DNA of 64,000 nucleotides from Amoebophrya sp. A120. Its lineage: Eukaryota > Protista > Dinoflagellata. A program made the position numbers and the translations under genes. How positions within the stretch are numbered: position 1 is the stretch's first letter; every line of letters begins with the position of its first letter. Shown piece after piece: positions 1 through 12,854 of this stretch. Under the pieces are notes generated by a model. The model saw nothing but the letters and a program-made list of their open reading frames with translations, did not search any database and had not been told where the DNA came from. Where the stretch lies: NCBI GenBank assembly GCA_905178155.1, contig CAJINV010000014.1:1229858-1293857 (forward strand), in the 5' to 3' direction.

Positions 1-20
1 AATGCTAAACAACTAGACCC

Positions 21-1469
21 TTGCTCCCCTACCTACGCTGCGGATCTGGCTGCGATGCCGTATTGCAAGACAGTGCGCATCTGTGTACGAAAATCCAGCA
101 TCAGAAACTTCGTCTCGATATGGGGAGGGGGGATTTTTCCTCACAATACTCCTTCTCGGATCTCTACTTCGATAAGTGTTTCCCGAGCGAAACCGCGCAA
201 CAGCGGGCGGTGATCCAGGCGCTCAAGCCGGAGATGAAACCGAGGTGGCACCTGATGCCGACGATATTTTTGACCGGCAGTTTCGTCTTAGAGTTTAACA
301 CGTTGGAGGAAAAAAACGCGTTTCTGTTGCTCTCGTCAGGAGGTGCAAGTAGTAGTACTTCTCCGGGAACTACAAGCAGTAGTGCCAGCAACACAATAAA
401 TTCCGGTCACTTTGTTGCCATAAATCAGCAGTTCGCGTCCTACATCCGCGAAAGATTTTGGAACAAGGACCAGTTCCGGAGGACGAGCGTTTTGGGAAAA
501 CAATCCCAAACCACGCGGCACGCCATTTTCGGGTACGAAACCCTGGATTTTTGGGTCCAGGTGAAGCCGAGAAACACCCTCTCGGGCGTGACGCCCGCGA
601 CGCTGGTGAGCGCAGAGCCATTGGCGCGCACTCCGTTCGACGACGAGGAAAGGGAGTACGCGCTGCGGCCGCACTACAAACGGATCGACGTCACGGAGAT
701 GCTACAGCGGCAGACGGCGTTGCTTTTGCACACGGTAGAATTAGTAATTTTCTTTTTCTCTTGCAGTCGTGTTGTTCTTTCGGAATTCTGGTTCTAGGTA
801 CCACCTAGTCCTCCAACATCATGTTGGACACAGTCGTAATGAGAAAGAGAATGGGCAACATGAACATGCTGGTTGGTGGCTTCAATCGACGTATAAACCT
901 ATGAAAAAACCAGGCTTTTCGACTTGCTCAGCAAAACGGACGACGTCATTAAAAGTGCCGAGAAGCAGAAAAAAGCCATCGTGAAGCAACTGGAGGCGGT
1001 TGCCGGCGCGAGCGTCGACCGCAACGGAGACGGCTGCGTGTCCACGTTTGAGGCGAAAACGTTCTGCGGTTTGATTGCGAGAAGGAGCAGTGGCGGACCG
1101 CAGCCCGGGGATGGCAGTGCCACGGCCTCGATCAACCCGACCTCGAGTTTTGTGGAAGTTATTACGGCGCAGAGGCGGAAACAGCTCGTGCAGTTGCCAT
1201 CGTGGGCAGATTGCAGGAGGAGGATCGCGTCCGCTTGCCGTGCTTGCACTGCTGCACGAGATCCTGACATGAATTCGGAAGATAGTGCGGATACTACAAC
1301 TACTGTGACGAGCGGCGTGACGAGCGTGGAGGTAACCAAAGCGTGCGAGATGCTCATCCATCGCAGCTGCAGCACGAAGGCTTTGCCGTTGCCATATGGG
1401 AGCGACTCGGGGCCGGGGGCATGCAAGCACTCGCAAGGTCGGGCGTTTTCAAGGGTGTTTGGCCTTTAG
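21..1469 (+). CDS. Partial gene of unknown function (probably starts upstream of the window) with one EF-hand loop; probable intron ~735-913
   Basis: Two consecutive + ORFs (21-797, 924-1469) separated by an AT-richer segment. The second contains DRNGDGCVSTFE (1017-1052), a canonical D-x-N-x-D-G-x-V-S-x-x-E EF-hand loop. Splice junctions not resolved. Confidence 0.45.
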
Positions 1470-2757
1470 AAAGCGGATCCCGGAAGAGTTCGCCGCCTTT
1501 TTGTGAAAGCCGAAAAAACAGCACTCGTCAAGCAGGGGAGTGGCAACATAGAGCACTTGGGCGGCTCCGCGCGATCTGATTCTGAAACGGAATAGCTCTT
1601 CTGTCGGTTATTGCCGATGGGGTGAGGCGTTTTAGAGCGGAAATCTTGCCACCCGTCGGCCGCTCCGGTCGCTTGAAAACTGAAAAAAAGTGCGCGGAAG
1701 CGACACTTTTTCGCGGCGTGGAAGCGGCCAAAAAAAAGACGGAGTCACTTCGTGTACGGCACGGAGGCCGCGTGAAAATTGGATTTGGAAGTGCTAACCT
1801 TTTCTGAAAAAGTAAAAGCCGCTTGAGAGTCGCCGCGCGCCCAAAAGCGGTTTCTAAAATTGTCACAGGGCCCATACCGTCTACCAAGCCTGTGGAGGTG
1901 TGTCCCCCCCGCACGGTTTCCATCTCGCTAAGGCCCACAAATTGCACCCCTTCCCCCACCTTGGAAATGCCCGATGTGGGCATCCAAAAAGGGCTGCAGC
2001 CGGAAATGGCCAAAATAATTCAACTTTTTGAGCTTCGCTTTTGTTTGCCTTCCCGTCTGCCGTCGTGCATAAACGTTATGCGCGATGGCCTAATGGCTTC
2101 CAGAGAAGGCTACTTCGTTTCAAGGAGCCTCGAACGGATGCCCCGCGGAGAGATGGCCGGATTCCGCATTCACTGCTTATCGCAGGAGCCTGCGGGCCGC
2201 CGCGGTGTGGCGACAGTAGTTGCCCGCGGGCTCAAGAAGAAGGGGCGGCACTCCAATAGATGGCGCTTTTTCTCGTGTGCCGGCTGCCGCGCGGCGCTCG
2301 GCGATCTTAGAAAAAGGCTGGTGGGTCTTCGCGCTGGTTAGATGTTCACGCACGCATTTGGTTACCAATATCGCCGCGACCCGGACCGAGGGCAGGAGGT
2401 GCCCAGCACCGAGCCCACATCGGCGATTTTAATCTCTTTGACTCTTCTGGTAATGAACTGCAACTTGTTCGTTGCTATGCAGGAATTAGCGGATTAGTTA
2501 CAACATCGTGTAGACTGACATCACTCTGCTATAGATAAAAACGAGATTCGAATAGCTTCGCCCGCTGGGTGTGACGTCGCAAACTTGCGCTAGAAGGAAC
2601 ATTTTTCACAGAGTTCACCTGCCGCGACGGCGCGCAGGCGTTTTCGGTATCAACTGAGAAAGACACTGCCTCTGCTGTCGTGCCGCAGTGCGTTTCCAGC
2701 TGCAAGGAAGCCCAGCCGGAAGCACATTGAAAACGCATCCGCAGCGCATCCCAGCCG

Positions 2758-2857
2758 NNNNNNNNNNNNNNNNNNNNNNNNNNNNNNNNNNNNNNNNNNN
2801 NNNNNNNNNNNNNNNNNNNNNNNNNNNNNNNNNNNNNNNNNNNNNNNNNNNNNNNNN
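2758..2857. other. Assembly gap (N run)
   Basis: About 100 consecutive n. Confidence 0.99.
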
Positions 2858-2878
2858 CATAGATGGCCTGCGATGAGT

Positions 2879-3090
2879 TTAAGATTTAAGATTTTTTTAA
2901 GATTTGAGATTGAGATAAGATTTGATAGTTAAGATTTTTTAAGATATGAGATTGAAATAAGATTTGAGATTGGAATAGGATTTGATAGATCATCTTAGAT
3001 CGATTTAAGATTTCTTAAGATTTGAGATCGAGGCAGGAAGATTTAAGATTCAGACTGTGACTCAGATTGAGATTTGAGTTGAAGTTGAGT
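2879..3090. repeat. Degenerate AT-rich tandem repeat (AGATTT/AGATTG-like units) next to the gap
   Basis: Recurrent taagattt/gagattg/gagattt units visible directly. Confidence 0.8.
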
Positions 3091-3115
3091 TATTAAATTT
3101 GAATTATTCATGGAG

Positions 3116-3219
3116 TTGAACTATTCAATTTGAACTATTCGCGAAATTGAACTATTCAATTTGAACTATTCACAAAATTGAACTATTCAATTTGAACTAT
3201 TCACGGAATTGAACTATTC
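3116..3219. repeat. 31-bp tandem repeat (about 3.4 copies) built from TTGAACTATTC(AA)
   Basis: ttgaactattcaatttgaactattcNNNNaa occurs three times plus a partial copy; TTGAA-cta-TTCAA is an interrupted palindrome. Confidence 0.9.
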
Positions 3220-5530
3220 GTGAGTCTTGCGATAAAATTGTAGATATGACTATCAATATATGATAACCTTTGCTTTATCGTTGTTGATGTTGATTGATTC
3301 TGGTGTTGCTGAACGAAGGAACTTGTCAAAAGAGACCGTGCACTAGATTGCAGTTCTTGCGTTTTCGCATATCCGCGCCGTTCTGACAAAGGAAACAAGG
3401 TGCAAGCTGCTGCGCGACAGGCACGGGCTGCCAGGCTGCGACCTGGCTGCAGTCGCAGACTGGCTGTCAGGCTGCTCGCTCCAGGCCGCGCGCGGCCTGC
3501 GAGGTTTGGTGATGAAAAATTTGTGTCTGGATCGCGATAAGTTTGCGAGCGAAAAACTTGAACCTTTCTCCTGTTTCAAATACAAAAAGTTCTTGGCTGA
3601 CATGAGAAAACTCGTGCGCAAAATGTGCGGACTCTGTAGGCGATTGAAATGTAAACGCACAAAAACTTTGGCGTTCAAAAAAGCTGCTGCTTACGGAAAT
3701 TACGGCGCTTAGATGCATTCGAAAATTATCCGGTGCAAAGAGAAAAGCAAAGTACGACAGGGCGGCGGCCAGCTGGCGGAAAAGATTGCAGGGACCTCCG
3801 CGTGCAGCGGTGGCTGCGGCCGCCGCCTTCGAGATCGGCCGGGCCGTGTCCGGCCGCTGGCACTGTGCGCGGGGCGGCCGCGCGGCGTGAGGCCGACGCG
3901 GCTAGCTTTTGGTTTTTCGAAACTCAGCGGCCGCCGCTAGTGCTTTGCGCCCCGGAGAGTTTCTTTGGCCGCGGCCCGCGCCCCCGCTCGGTTTTTTACG
4001 TGAGGCAGTCACCGCCGACCTGCCCGGGCCCGTGAGTGTTTTGGCGCCCCCCAGTCCTGGGGGCGGTGTTTTGTCCTTTTTTCCTAAGTGAGCTGTTGCC
4101 GGCTATCTGGGTGCCTAGCTGCCGGGGACGACGCAAAGAAGCTTCCTGGGAGGGCCGCGGAGCGAGAGAGAGAGAGAGAGAGAGAGTGAGACGCCGAAGA
4201 GCCGGGGCGGTCTTGTGCCGAATGTGCCGCGATCGGGGCCGCGGTAGCTAGGTTCCTTCTGGGCCCCGGGCCCCCGCCAGCTTCATGGCCTCCCCCCCGA
4301 GCTGCCGACGCTGCTGTGCTGTTTTTGTATCGCCCGCCCCCCTTTTGGATTTATGCAACCCAACAGGGCCCCACGGTAGGAGGACGAGGAGTCATAGAAC
4401 GCATTGGCGCTCGTCTTAGTCTTGTTGCCGCCTCACAAACTTCAATCAATCACTGAGCACGGAGGAAAATAAGTATTTAAAAACTTGCAGATGAGCGCGT
4501 GTGGGTTGGAAACGATGGCAAGCATGCCGTTTTCACGCCGACCAGGCGTGGCAAGCCCTACAGGCCTATCTTCTCCGAGCAGAGCGGGGACGCAGGTAAA
4601 ATTGTCTGTTAGCGTAGCTACCGCGAGCGTCTACCCGCTTTCTTGGGGTGTGTAATTTTGATTTTTTAGTATGAAGAAAAGATAGAAGAAAAAAAGTGTG
4701 TAAGTGTAACTGTATCACAAATTCGTATTTGCATTACAGGAAAAACCTGTCATGCGCAGCTAGTACGTGAAAACACGCATTTTCATTTTTGTTAAGAGAC
4801 TTTCGCGGAATACAGATCACAACCGCCGCGCCGAGCTGGACGAAAAAGAGCGTGTCCTTGCCCTTTTTCGGAAAGGGCGCAATGACAATCCAGATGCGGG
4901 GGTGTACTACATGTCCAAAGACGGAAAGCGCACCAGGTGGGAGCATGCCTCAGCATTTTTTCAGCGGCGCCAAGACCAAGCCAACAGCGCCGCTAAGACC
5001 TTCCCGCAGCATTCCTTCACCAGCAAGACGACCGCAGTCCAAGCGCTTCCCGAAGACCAGGACACCGATGCCCCGTCGCAAGACGAGCTGCCGCTCGACG
5101 AGGCCAGCCGCTGACTTCTGTCTGATCTTTTCGTTTGCGCTCCTGCGAAGTTTGATCATGAAACGAGGACAAGCTCGATGACAAGCAGGGAAGATACAAC
5201 TAAGGCTGTTCGAAGCTAGCAGGTACTAGACCTGAGTTTGTATAATTTGTAGTGCGAATAAAGTTATTCCCATCAAAAAATGTTTCCAAGTTCATCATAA
5301 TTTCCTTGTCTCTAATGCATGGCGCCCCTGGTTGAACTTGAAAGACAACTCAAACGAGTGAAAAACAGTATAGAAAAAGAAATCGGAATCGCAAAATATA
5401 TAACAGATCTATTCGCCCGTCTCGCGTCACATCTTCAGCTGCAGCGTAATTGCTGTCAATTTCCTACCCCTGCAAAAGATAAAAACCACATACATTGGAA
5501 CTCTTTCAAGTTGTACAGAATTAGATCGCC

Positions 5531-5869
5531 TATCCATCGCAAATGCGTCTGGATCTCGAAAGCTGTGATGCGAATGAGATGTGACTGATAAGAAAGCACC
5601 CTCGAAGAATAATAGGTATGTATGACAAGAAGTTTGCGAGCAGCGACCACGTCTTCGGTAAATCGCATGATAAAGGGCCTTGTTGCATGATAAACGGTCG
5701 AGGGCCAGGATGACACCGTGAGGACGACCGCAGGGGGTCTGTCTCAACGAAGAAGAAGACGGCAAATATATTGGGCTCTAGCTCAACGCGCATGACAGTT
5801 CTTCTGTTTCTCTTGCAAGCTAGCCTTGCAATTTTCCAGACCCAGACACGTTTGCGATGGCAATGCATA
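5531..5869. mobile_element. Degenerate family-A TIR element outside any recognisable CDS
   Basis: Left end tatccatcgcaaatgcgtctggatct; right end ttccagacccagacacgtttgcgatggcaatgcata; decayed DR tcgcc/tccct. Confidence 0.6.
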
Positions 5870-7426
5870 TCCCTCCAGCAGCAAGGCGATGGCGAGTGCA
5901 GCTCATCAGTTTTCAGTTTGTGAAATATCACCAGACAATTGAAAGTTTGAAAGTTAGCGCTAAGAACGTTGATTGCACTCAGTTCGGCACAGTCGTGTCT
6001 GTATGATTTGTTTCAGTTTTTAAAAGGTGAAGTTGTACTGCAATCATGAGTATTTACTGCTAAGCTTTTTCGAAATGCTACATTCCGTTCGAGATGTTGA
6101 TGTTGAAATTCGACTTCTATTGAAAGCCCAATGAGAAATGCAAAATAGAAAATTGCGCCATCCTCTTGATGCGTGCCTGATAAAATTTTTTCTGGATCGT
6201 TTCTGTTGATTTGTACTCTACTTTCGAATTTGAGCTTCGCCGCGAAACTTTCGCACCAGACACTGTACAACATCAAAAGCAGCAGCTGCGTCGACAACTC
6301 TTACTACGACTTCTGTGCTTACACCAATGTAATTGCGCACACCCATGTGGATTTCAAATTCAATTTTTGCCAGTACACGAACTATGTCTACTGGTACCAC
6401 TGTACTAAATAGAACCACGGACCGTTTATAGCAAGGAAAACGAGCTATGACTTTGACCGCAAGGAAAACGGGAAAACCCCAAGTGCCTGTCAGTCTTTTA
6501 CTGGCAATTCCCGGTCGTAGTTGTAACAGTTCAACATCATCTTCAGCACTTTGTTGTCCTCTTCGTGTCGTCGAGGCTGCACAGCTTTGCGCACTTTCTA
6601 AAATCGTCACCGATTGTTCTCATTTTGTCTTGGTCTTGCGAATGTGATCCGATATGATGCAATCGGTAAGCATGCAAGGCGTGAGACTGCGCGACAACAC
6701 GATCTATTTGCTCTGATCCGGAAGATCTGTGGAGTTTCATTTGCCTCAGTATGGTGATTTGCACTGCTTATTTTCGCAGAAACGATCTTTGAAGAAGAAG
6801 ATGCCATCTTTAAGATGATGATGATGAGATCCTATCCACGTCGATAATTGAGGAGCAGACAGCACTAATCTTCTCGTGATTCGCAAACGATCTCTTCGTC
6901 GTCCTCCTGCATAAGGCGGTGGCCAGGTCTAAATGAGTGCCTGCGCCAGGTGTTGAAGTTGATGCTCAATGCAGCATAGTGCGGACGATCCCCATCATAC
7001 AAAACCTGCCACAAGCGCTCTATTGGCAATTTCCTCGTCTTATCATGTTGCGACCCGATGGGAGCTTGGAGAAACAATTCTGGAGTTCCACTTCGATGAT
7101 CTGGCTCCGCTTAATATTAGCCTTCTACACTCACGCCAATATTGCTCTTCTATTGCCCCGCCCCTCTGCAGCGGTTTTCTTCTAGAACTTTTTCTAGAAC
7201 AAGGCTCGACTAGGACTACGTTTCCTTTTTTATCCGCATTTATCTTTTCCATCATCTCTTGAACTTGTGTACCATACCGACATTGGTTGTATCATTCTGC
7301 ACTTCTCTACTACTTACACAGATTATAATCCCTGTTTACTGTACATACTAAGTCGTACTATCGCGTTTATTTGATTCTAAAGTTTATCTTTTTTGCTACG
7401 TCGCTTCACAGAAATATTAAGTAACA

Positions 7427-10400
7427 ATGTCGTCGGACGCGCCACCTCCACCGCCGATTACGGCCAGTACCATTGCTGATCCGACTAACGCAGCTGCAGC
7501 TCCACCCCGTGTGGCCAGCAATACTGCTGCAGCCGCGCCGACGTCGCTGACCCCTGCCGCCGTCCCAGTCAACGTGGGTGTGCAGCAGCAGCAGCAGCAG
7601 GTCCTGTCTGCTCAACCACCAGCGCCCGCACCGCCACGTTATGTTCACCAGCCGAATGCAGGAGTGATGCCTGGATCCGGACCAGCAGCCATGGCTGGTG
7701 GACAACCTGTAGTGACCCACCACCAGCCACAGTGCATCAACAGCAATTACCAGCAGCCGCCGCAACAGGTCGTCGCACACCAACACCAGCAGTACTACGC
7801 CCAGCCGCACCATGTGACGTCGGTCCAGCAAGGCGGCCCGGCGCACCTGCAGACGCCGGTGGCTGCTGCTCCTGCCCCGGTGCAGTACCACCAAATTCCG
7901 CACCGGCAGAACCCCGCGTACACGGAAGTTCAATTTGATGACGACTCAAGCCCGCCACCGTCGTCCGGGTGCTCTTATGCATTGTTGCAAATCTCCTAGC
8001 GTACTTTTGCTTTTTTGCAGAAACTGCATATAGCATTTTTATTTTCAAGCATCTCTATCTCGATCTTTGTATTGTCATCGTCACGCTGAAAGAAAAATTT
8101 CAAAGACAAAAAATGTGTCATGCATGGTTGCACCAATTAAAATCAGTACGACTACGATTTAGATTTTGCACAGGATAGCTCTGCGGGGGTGGTGATTTTG
8201 ATTGTAGCGGTGGTGCTGCTCGTCGTGGGTGGAATTACCGCCGGCGTGGTGATGTGGGTCGTGCACACGAATAATGCCGTATGAACGTTCACAGTTCCTC
8301 CTCCCCCTCACTTCGAATGCAAAAACAGAACTCCAGCTGTTGCCTTTTGGCACTATCTTACGTTCTAAATTTTTGCAACTGCAACACCCGAAACAGAAGT
8401 TTAATATTACGATCTATGCAGAGGGGGCATAGGCTTGTCCTGCAGGACGTTCATTTCATTTTGCCATTCATTGTCGTGCTGGTTCTGCATAAGAAATCAA
8501 TGAGGGACGAGGGGAGGAGTTTTGTACCCTCATACGTCGCCCAGGAATCGTACCAGGCTCAACCGGTGGGAACAGGCGGAGTAGGTACCGGCGCAGGACC
8601 GGGAAATGGTATAAAAATCTTGTTGGTCGCCTATCTTTTTCTTTGACTGTTCAGCCACCGAACGGATCATCTTCTGTTAGAGCCATTGATCATTCTCCAA
8701 TACCATCTTGAATCTTCCTTATATCGCCGCCGCCTCTTCGTCTTCCCCTCGACGGTTTTGTATCAAGATGAAATTATAGAATTTACTGCATGTGATTTTT
8801 TTTCGAGACTTAGTTCCCGATGATCGCGTTGGTGTACTTGTTGTTTGCTTTAGACTTTATTCTACTGCAATCTTCTACTTCCTACAGGTGGCGGCCTTGG
8901 CAGCAACAATAACAATAACAATAACAATAACAACAACACTAACAATAACAACAACACTAACAACAATAATAACAACAACAATAATAATCCACCGTTGCCG
9001 ATGTTTAGCCCGCCTGGCCCCCCGCCCCCGGCCCCGTGGGTGCCCGGGCAGGCGGCTGTGGCGCAGCCCAGTCACGTGCCGCTGAGCTACGACTCGAGCA
9101 CCGGCGAGACGATTTTTGTCCTGGACGAAGCCCAGCGCACGAAGCAAGTGCCGGACCTGCTCGGAAAAAAGCAGGTTGAGTACTTCAACTACTTGAAGTA
9201 TTCGCAGTTCGAAAACGACCCGTGGAAGGAAACACTCCCGGGGAACCACTTCGATCTGTTGGAGGAAGGAGACGTGTTCATCGCGGAGGAGGGGACCGAC
9301 GCGGGAAAAGCGACTTTGAAAAAGCGGTTGGAAACAGCGGCCACGGAGACGTTGGTGCATCACTTTTCGGAGAACATCACGAAAGATCGGATCCACCTCG
9401 GGTTGACCAACCCGAAAAGGAACCGGAAGGATGCGTGGAGCACGGCAGGAAGCCCGGATAAAAGCGTCAGGGACAAAAACGGTCTGATTCGGTACTTTTT
9501 CGAAATATTCAAAACAGACCATATGACTGGAGCAGATCGTATTTTTGACGTGTCCTGCTACCAGCACGAACTGAACCGCGTCTGGGACGGCGACGATTTT
9601 AATTGGACCTCGCCGACTCACTGGACCGAAAAACGGGTCCTGGCGATGAAGTACCGCCTGAAAGCGCAAATGGAAGATTTCTTGCAGGTGCGGCTTCACC
9701 ACCGCGAGCTGGACTTTTTGTTTTCGCAGTTCCACCTGGACGGCCGTGGGGGCCGGATGCACGGGCACTCAGCTGTACTAGGTCGTCTGTTTGAGATGAC
9801 GGAAAATAAGGTGCGGAAGATCGTTCAGGTGCTTTTCTGGGCGGCTTTCTTCTCCCGGCTGCGCATCGGGCGACTGATTATGCACCAGAAGAACGACACC
9901 TGGGATCAGGTTCCGGACCCTGTCGTGGCGGACGCGCGCGTGTTTCGCAATCCCCACGCGCCGGCGGTGTCGGATGTAGACAACCAACCGCTTTCCCCTA
10001 ATCTGGGCTTTGACCGCACCAGCTTCGCACCGCCGAAGATTCTGTACCATTACACGTCGCAGTACCGGCTGAGAGGTATCCGCTCCTCGGGAAAACTGAA
10101 GGGCACCACAGGTAGGATACATGAAACGACTGGTGTGCATTTGACCAATTTGCAGCCGGGGCTTTGGAGTTCGGAGGAGCAGAAAGTCGAGGTTAACATC
10201 GAACAAGACTATTTTCGCCAGTGCGTGATCGCGCTCGATACTGACGCGGTGGCGAAGAAACAAGGGTTCTATTTCGACCGGTTTGCCACGGTAACCGATG
10301 CCGCTGGGTCTGGCGTGTTGCACTCTTATTCTCATCCCGTGCACTACATGTCAGGCGATGGGCCGAAGATTCTTCCGGGAGATTTTCACGACAGTGAAGA

Positions 10401-11243
10401 TGCTACCTTGTGTAAAAACGTGGCCTACGCCCCATCTTTGTCATGCAAATCTGCATTTTAGTATTATATTAATTAAATCCCAATATGCTCCTTCTCGTGC
10501 GCAGGCCCACTAGAAGCGTTTTCTAGTCATGTTTGTGTTTCGGAATTTGTAATCCTCGGGCCAGGATATTGACAAGGTTCTCAATTTCTGACGATGCGGC
10601 TAAACTTGCGAAACATACATGGCTACTTAGACTCCAAGGCCAAATCTGTCTTACGCAACGCACAAAACTTGGCTGACTCGGGCGGCAAAATGTTGCACAT
10701 CTTGACTTTAATAAGGGGGGGACGTTTTTACACAGGATACGGCTGACGCCGACCTCCACTGATGCTCCGGCGTACGCCCGCCTTCTAGAACCGGTTGCAG
10801 CACACTATTGGGCACAGGGAATGGGAAAGCTGCGCTCCCAGATTTTTGTGCCGGAAACGGGCACCCCGGGGGTCGATGCCGACCTGATGCGTCGCCTTTC
10901 TGACGAGCGCTCGGAGGAAGTGAAGTGGGAGCTCTACACCAACATTCCCCGGCTTAACGCCACCCGCTCCAACGGCACCTATCTGGATGGCCCAAATTCG
11001 CACTGGATCGCCCGGAAACGGTCGGACTACTTGAACCCGCGGGGGCGCCGCGAGGGGGTTGACTTCTTGGTCGGTGACGCATCAGGGATCGATCTGAATG
11101 GTCTGCAGGAAGGCGTGGATTTCCTGGCTATCTGCGATCTGGACGCTTCGGATTCCACACGCAAGAACAGGCAACACGACTTGTTGAATGCCTGGGTCGG
11201 TCTCAAGGAAGGCCGCTACAAACCTCTGGAGACGCCACGATAA
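7427..11243 (+). CDS. Single-pass (type II-like) membrane protein: Pro/Gln-rich N-terminus, TM helix, poly-Asn linker, unknown domain, Tox-ART-HYD1-like ADP-ribosyltransferase domain. Exons approx 7427-7975, 8183-8279, 8540-8608, 8888-10403, 10745-11243
   Basis: Removing the 7976 and 8280 elements (each plus one DR) and a GT-AG intron 8609-8887 joins SGCS|AGVVILIVAVVLLVVGGITAGVVMWVV, NNA|AQESYQ and GN|GGGLGSNNN in frame with ORF 8995. LYHYTS...GIRSSGKL...GVHLTNLQPG at ~10042-10160. The last exon join is tentative. Confidence 0.7.
7976..8177. mobile_element. TIR/DR intron-like element, 202 bp, DR gctct
   Basis: gctct|tatgcattgttgcaaatct...agattttgcacaggata|gctct; removal restores the frame into the TM exon. 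Confidence 0.8.
8280..8534. mobile_element. Degenerate family-C TIR/DR element, 255 bp, DR tgccg/cgtcg
   Basis: Left end tatgaacgttcacagttcctcctccccctca resembles the 57018 element; right end gaggggaggagttttgtaccctcata; removal of element plus 5 nt is in frame. Confidence 0.65.
8903..8988 (+). repeat. (AAC/AAT)n coding microsatellite encoding poly-Asn
   Basis: aacaataacaataac... run in frame with ORF 8995. Confidence 0.85.
10404..10739. mobile_element. TIR element, 336 bp, DR decayed
   Basis: taccttgtgtaaaaacgt ... acgtttttacacaggata; removal of element plus 5 nt puts ORF 8995 in frame with ORF 10821; contains tttgtcatgc. Confidence 0.55.
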
Positions 11244-12854
11244 GCTAGAAATCGGCTTTGTGCGCCTTGACTTTGAGAAGTTTTGCACGCTGGCTCCTGC
11301 TGTAACTTGCTTTTCAACAGTGGACGAGCCGTGATCGTGCCTGCTTCGAGAAATATGCACAGCTTTTAGCAACTTAAAGAAAAGATTCAGATTGAGAAGT
11401 GTCCAGATACAGAGAAGAAGATAGATGAAATTTTGATTGTATGATTCTCATTCTCAAGAGCATATTAAACATAAAAGCTTAAGCCAGCAAATGTGTTGGG
11501 CTTTTGACCAACTCCTGTGTTGATCATGAAGGTGAGTAATTACCCCTATTAGACAGTGAACAGATCGCTTCATAGCTATAGTTCGTCACATTGCACACTT
11601 ACGAGAGACACTTTTCACACATAAACATGATTTCTCCAGGATTTAAAGGAAAAAAAAAACGAGGGTGACACTGCAGTTGACACAACATGCAGGGGGATAT
11701 GAACACATGCGGAGGATACTTAATAAGTTAGCATATTCATTAGGTGGTGGTAGGGCTCCTGTTGGGTTGTATCTTTCGAACCCTTCTAGTTGCGGAGGCA
11801 ATAGCGTTCGGTGGACCCTGATCGGTCTGTCTCCCACAAGTGGGAATACATCGGATGGAGGCACCGTGGCGTGTTGCCCGATGTGCCTGGCTCTTGGTGC
11901 AATCCAGTGCCGGCAAGCAACGTCGGGATTTTGTAGGTAGTTGATTGTAGAAGCAATTTTTGGCTCGCCTGACGACTCATTCTGAATTTGTTGCTAAACA
12001 CAACATTTATAGTTTTACTAAGACCATCACCATTGATTCGTTTTGAACCCTGTCTACCCAATTTGTTTTGAACCCTAACTTCGAACTCTCTTTCTGTTCT
12101 TGTTAGTTCAGTTAACAATGAGCTGCTCCCGCCGCTACCGCTAGGCATTGAACACACTTCTGCAAGGACGCTAGAATTATAAGCTGCGCTGCAAGGGAGT
12201 TCTTCTTCTTGTTCTATTGATGTTCGGTAACTGCGACAAGGTCCGTGCAGCTCACACCTGCTCAAGAACAACGTGACGTACGTGGCGGAGTTTTTTTCTT
12301 GATCAGCAATGGTGAACTTGTTTGCATGAGCTCACGCAATCGATTGATGACAAGATCGCGCAAGACAACGATCCACCCTGTAATCCACACGATACAAGAA
12401 CGCGGCCAGTAGATATGATTTTTTTCACATTTTCGGCGAGAAGGCGAAAACAATTACTGCCAGCATGACCGATCATCTTGTGCTCGTCCAGACAGCGACG
12501 TCTACTGTATCACTTTGACGATTTAGTCCTTGTATTTTGATGAGACTTTTCCGGCTCTCACCCTTAGCATGTAGGTACGCTCTACTTTCTTTTTTCCACC
12601 TAGACAGTCGTAGTGGTAGTACCCATCAAAAAAAATTTTCGAGGCCGACCTGTCGCTAGCTCGCTTCTATATCTCCATTTCGTTCTTCTTAGCTCAAGCT
12701 CAAGCTCGAGCGACACTCACTGACAAGGTTTCAGTCTCTACTTTCCATCGATGGAACTTCGACGCCAGCGCTACTAGTAGCACCCCAAGAACACTACCTT
12801 CCACGACATATCTTAATCTTTCCAATAGCGTAATAAAACGAGAGCAAAAATAAA

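Noticed and set aside
1823-2341. Possible degenerate APE endonuclease fragment (CINVMRDG...RRGVATVVARGL)
   Set aside because: One weak motif with no GDFN, SDH or RT motifs; needs an HMM search.
3116-3219. CRISPR-like array
   Set aside because: No unique spacers (only 3-6 variable nt), eukaryotic context, no cas genes.
4490-5114. Possible small spliced gene (ttgcag|...cag|gtaaaa exon plus ORF 4767-5114)
   Set aside because: No recognisable domain and I could not build a consistent exon chain.
6173-6412. 79-aa ORF with a hydrophobic start and FCxYTN twice, as a secreted peptide
   Set aside because: Non-ATG start, short, and no independent support.
11786-12271. 161-aa minus-strand ORF
   Set aside because: No motif, non-ATG start, opposite to the local gene orientation.
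12690-12710. gctcaagctcaag upstream of CstF-64 as a relic dinoflagellate spliced leader
   Set aside because: Only 7 nt match the SL 3' end; the CCATTTTG core is absent.
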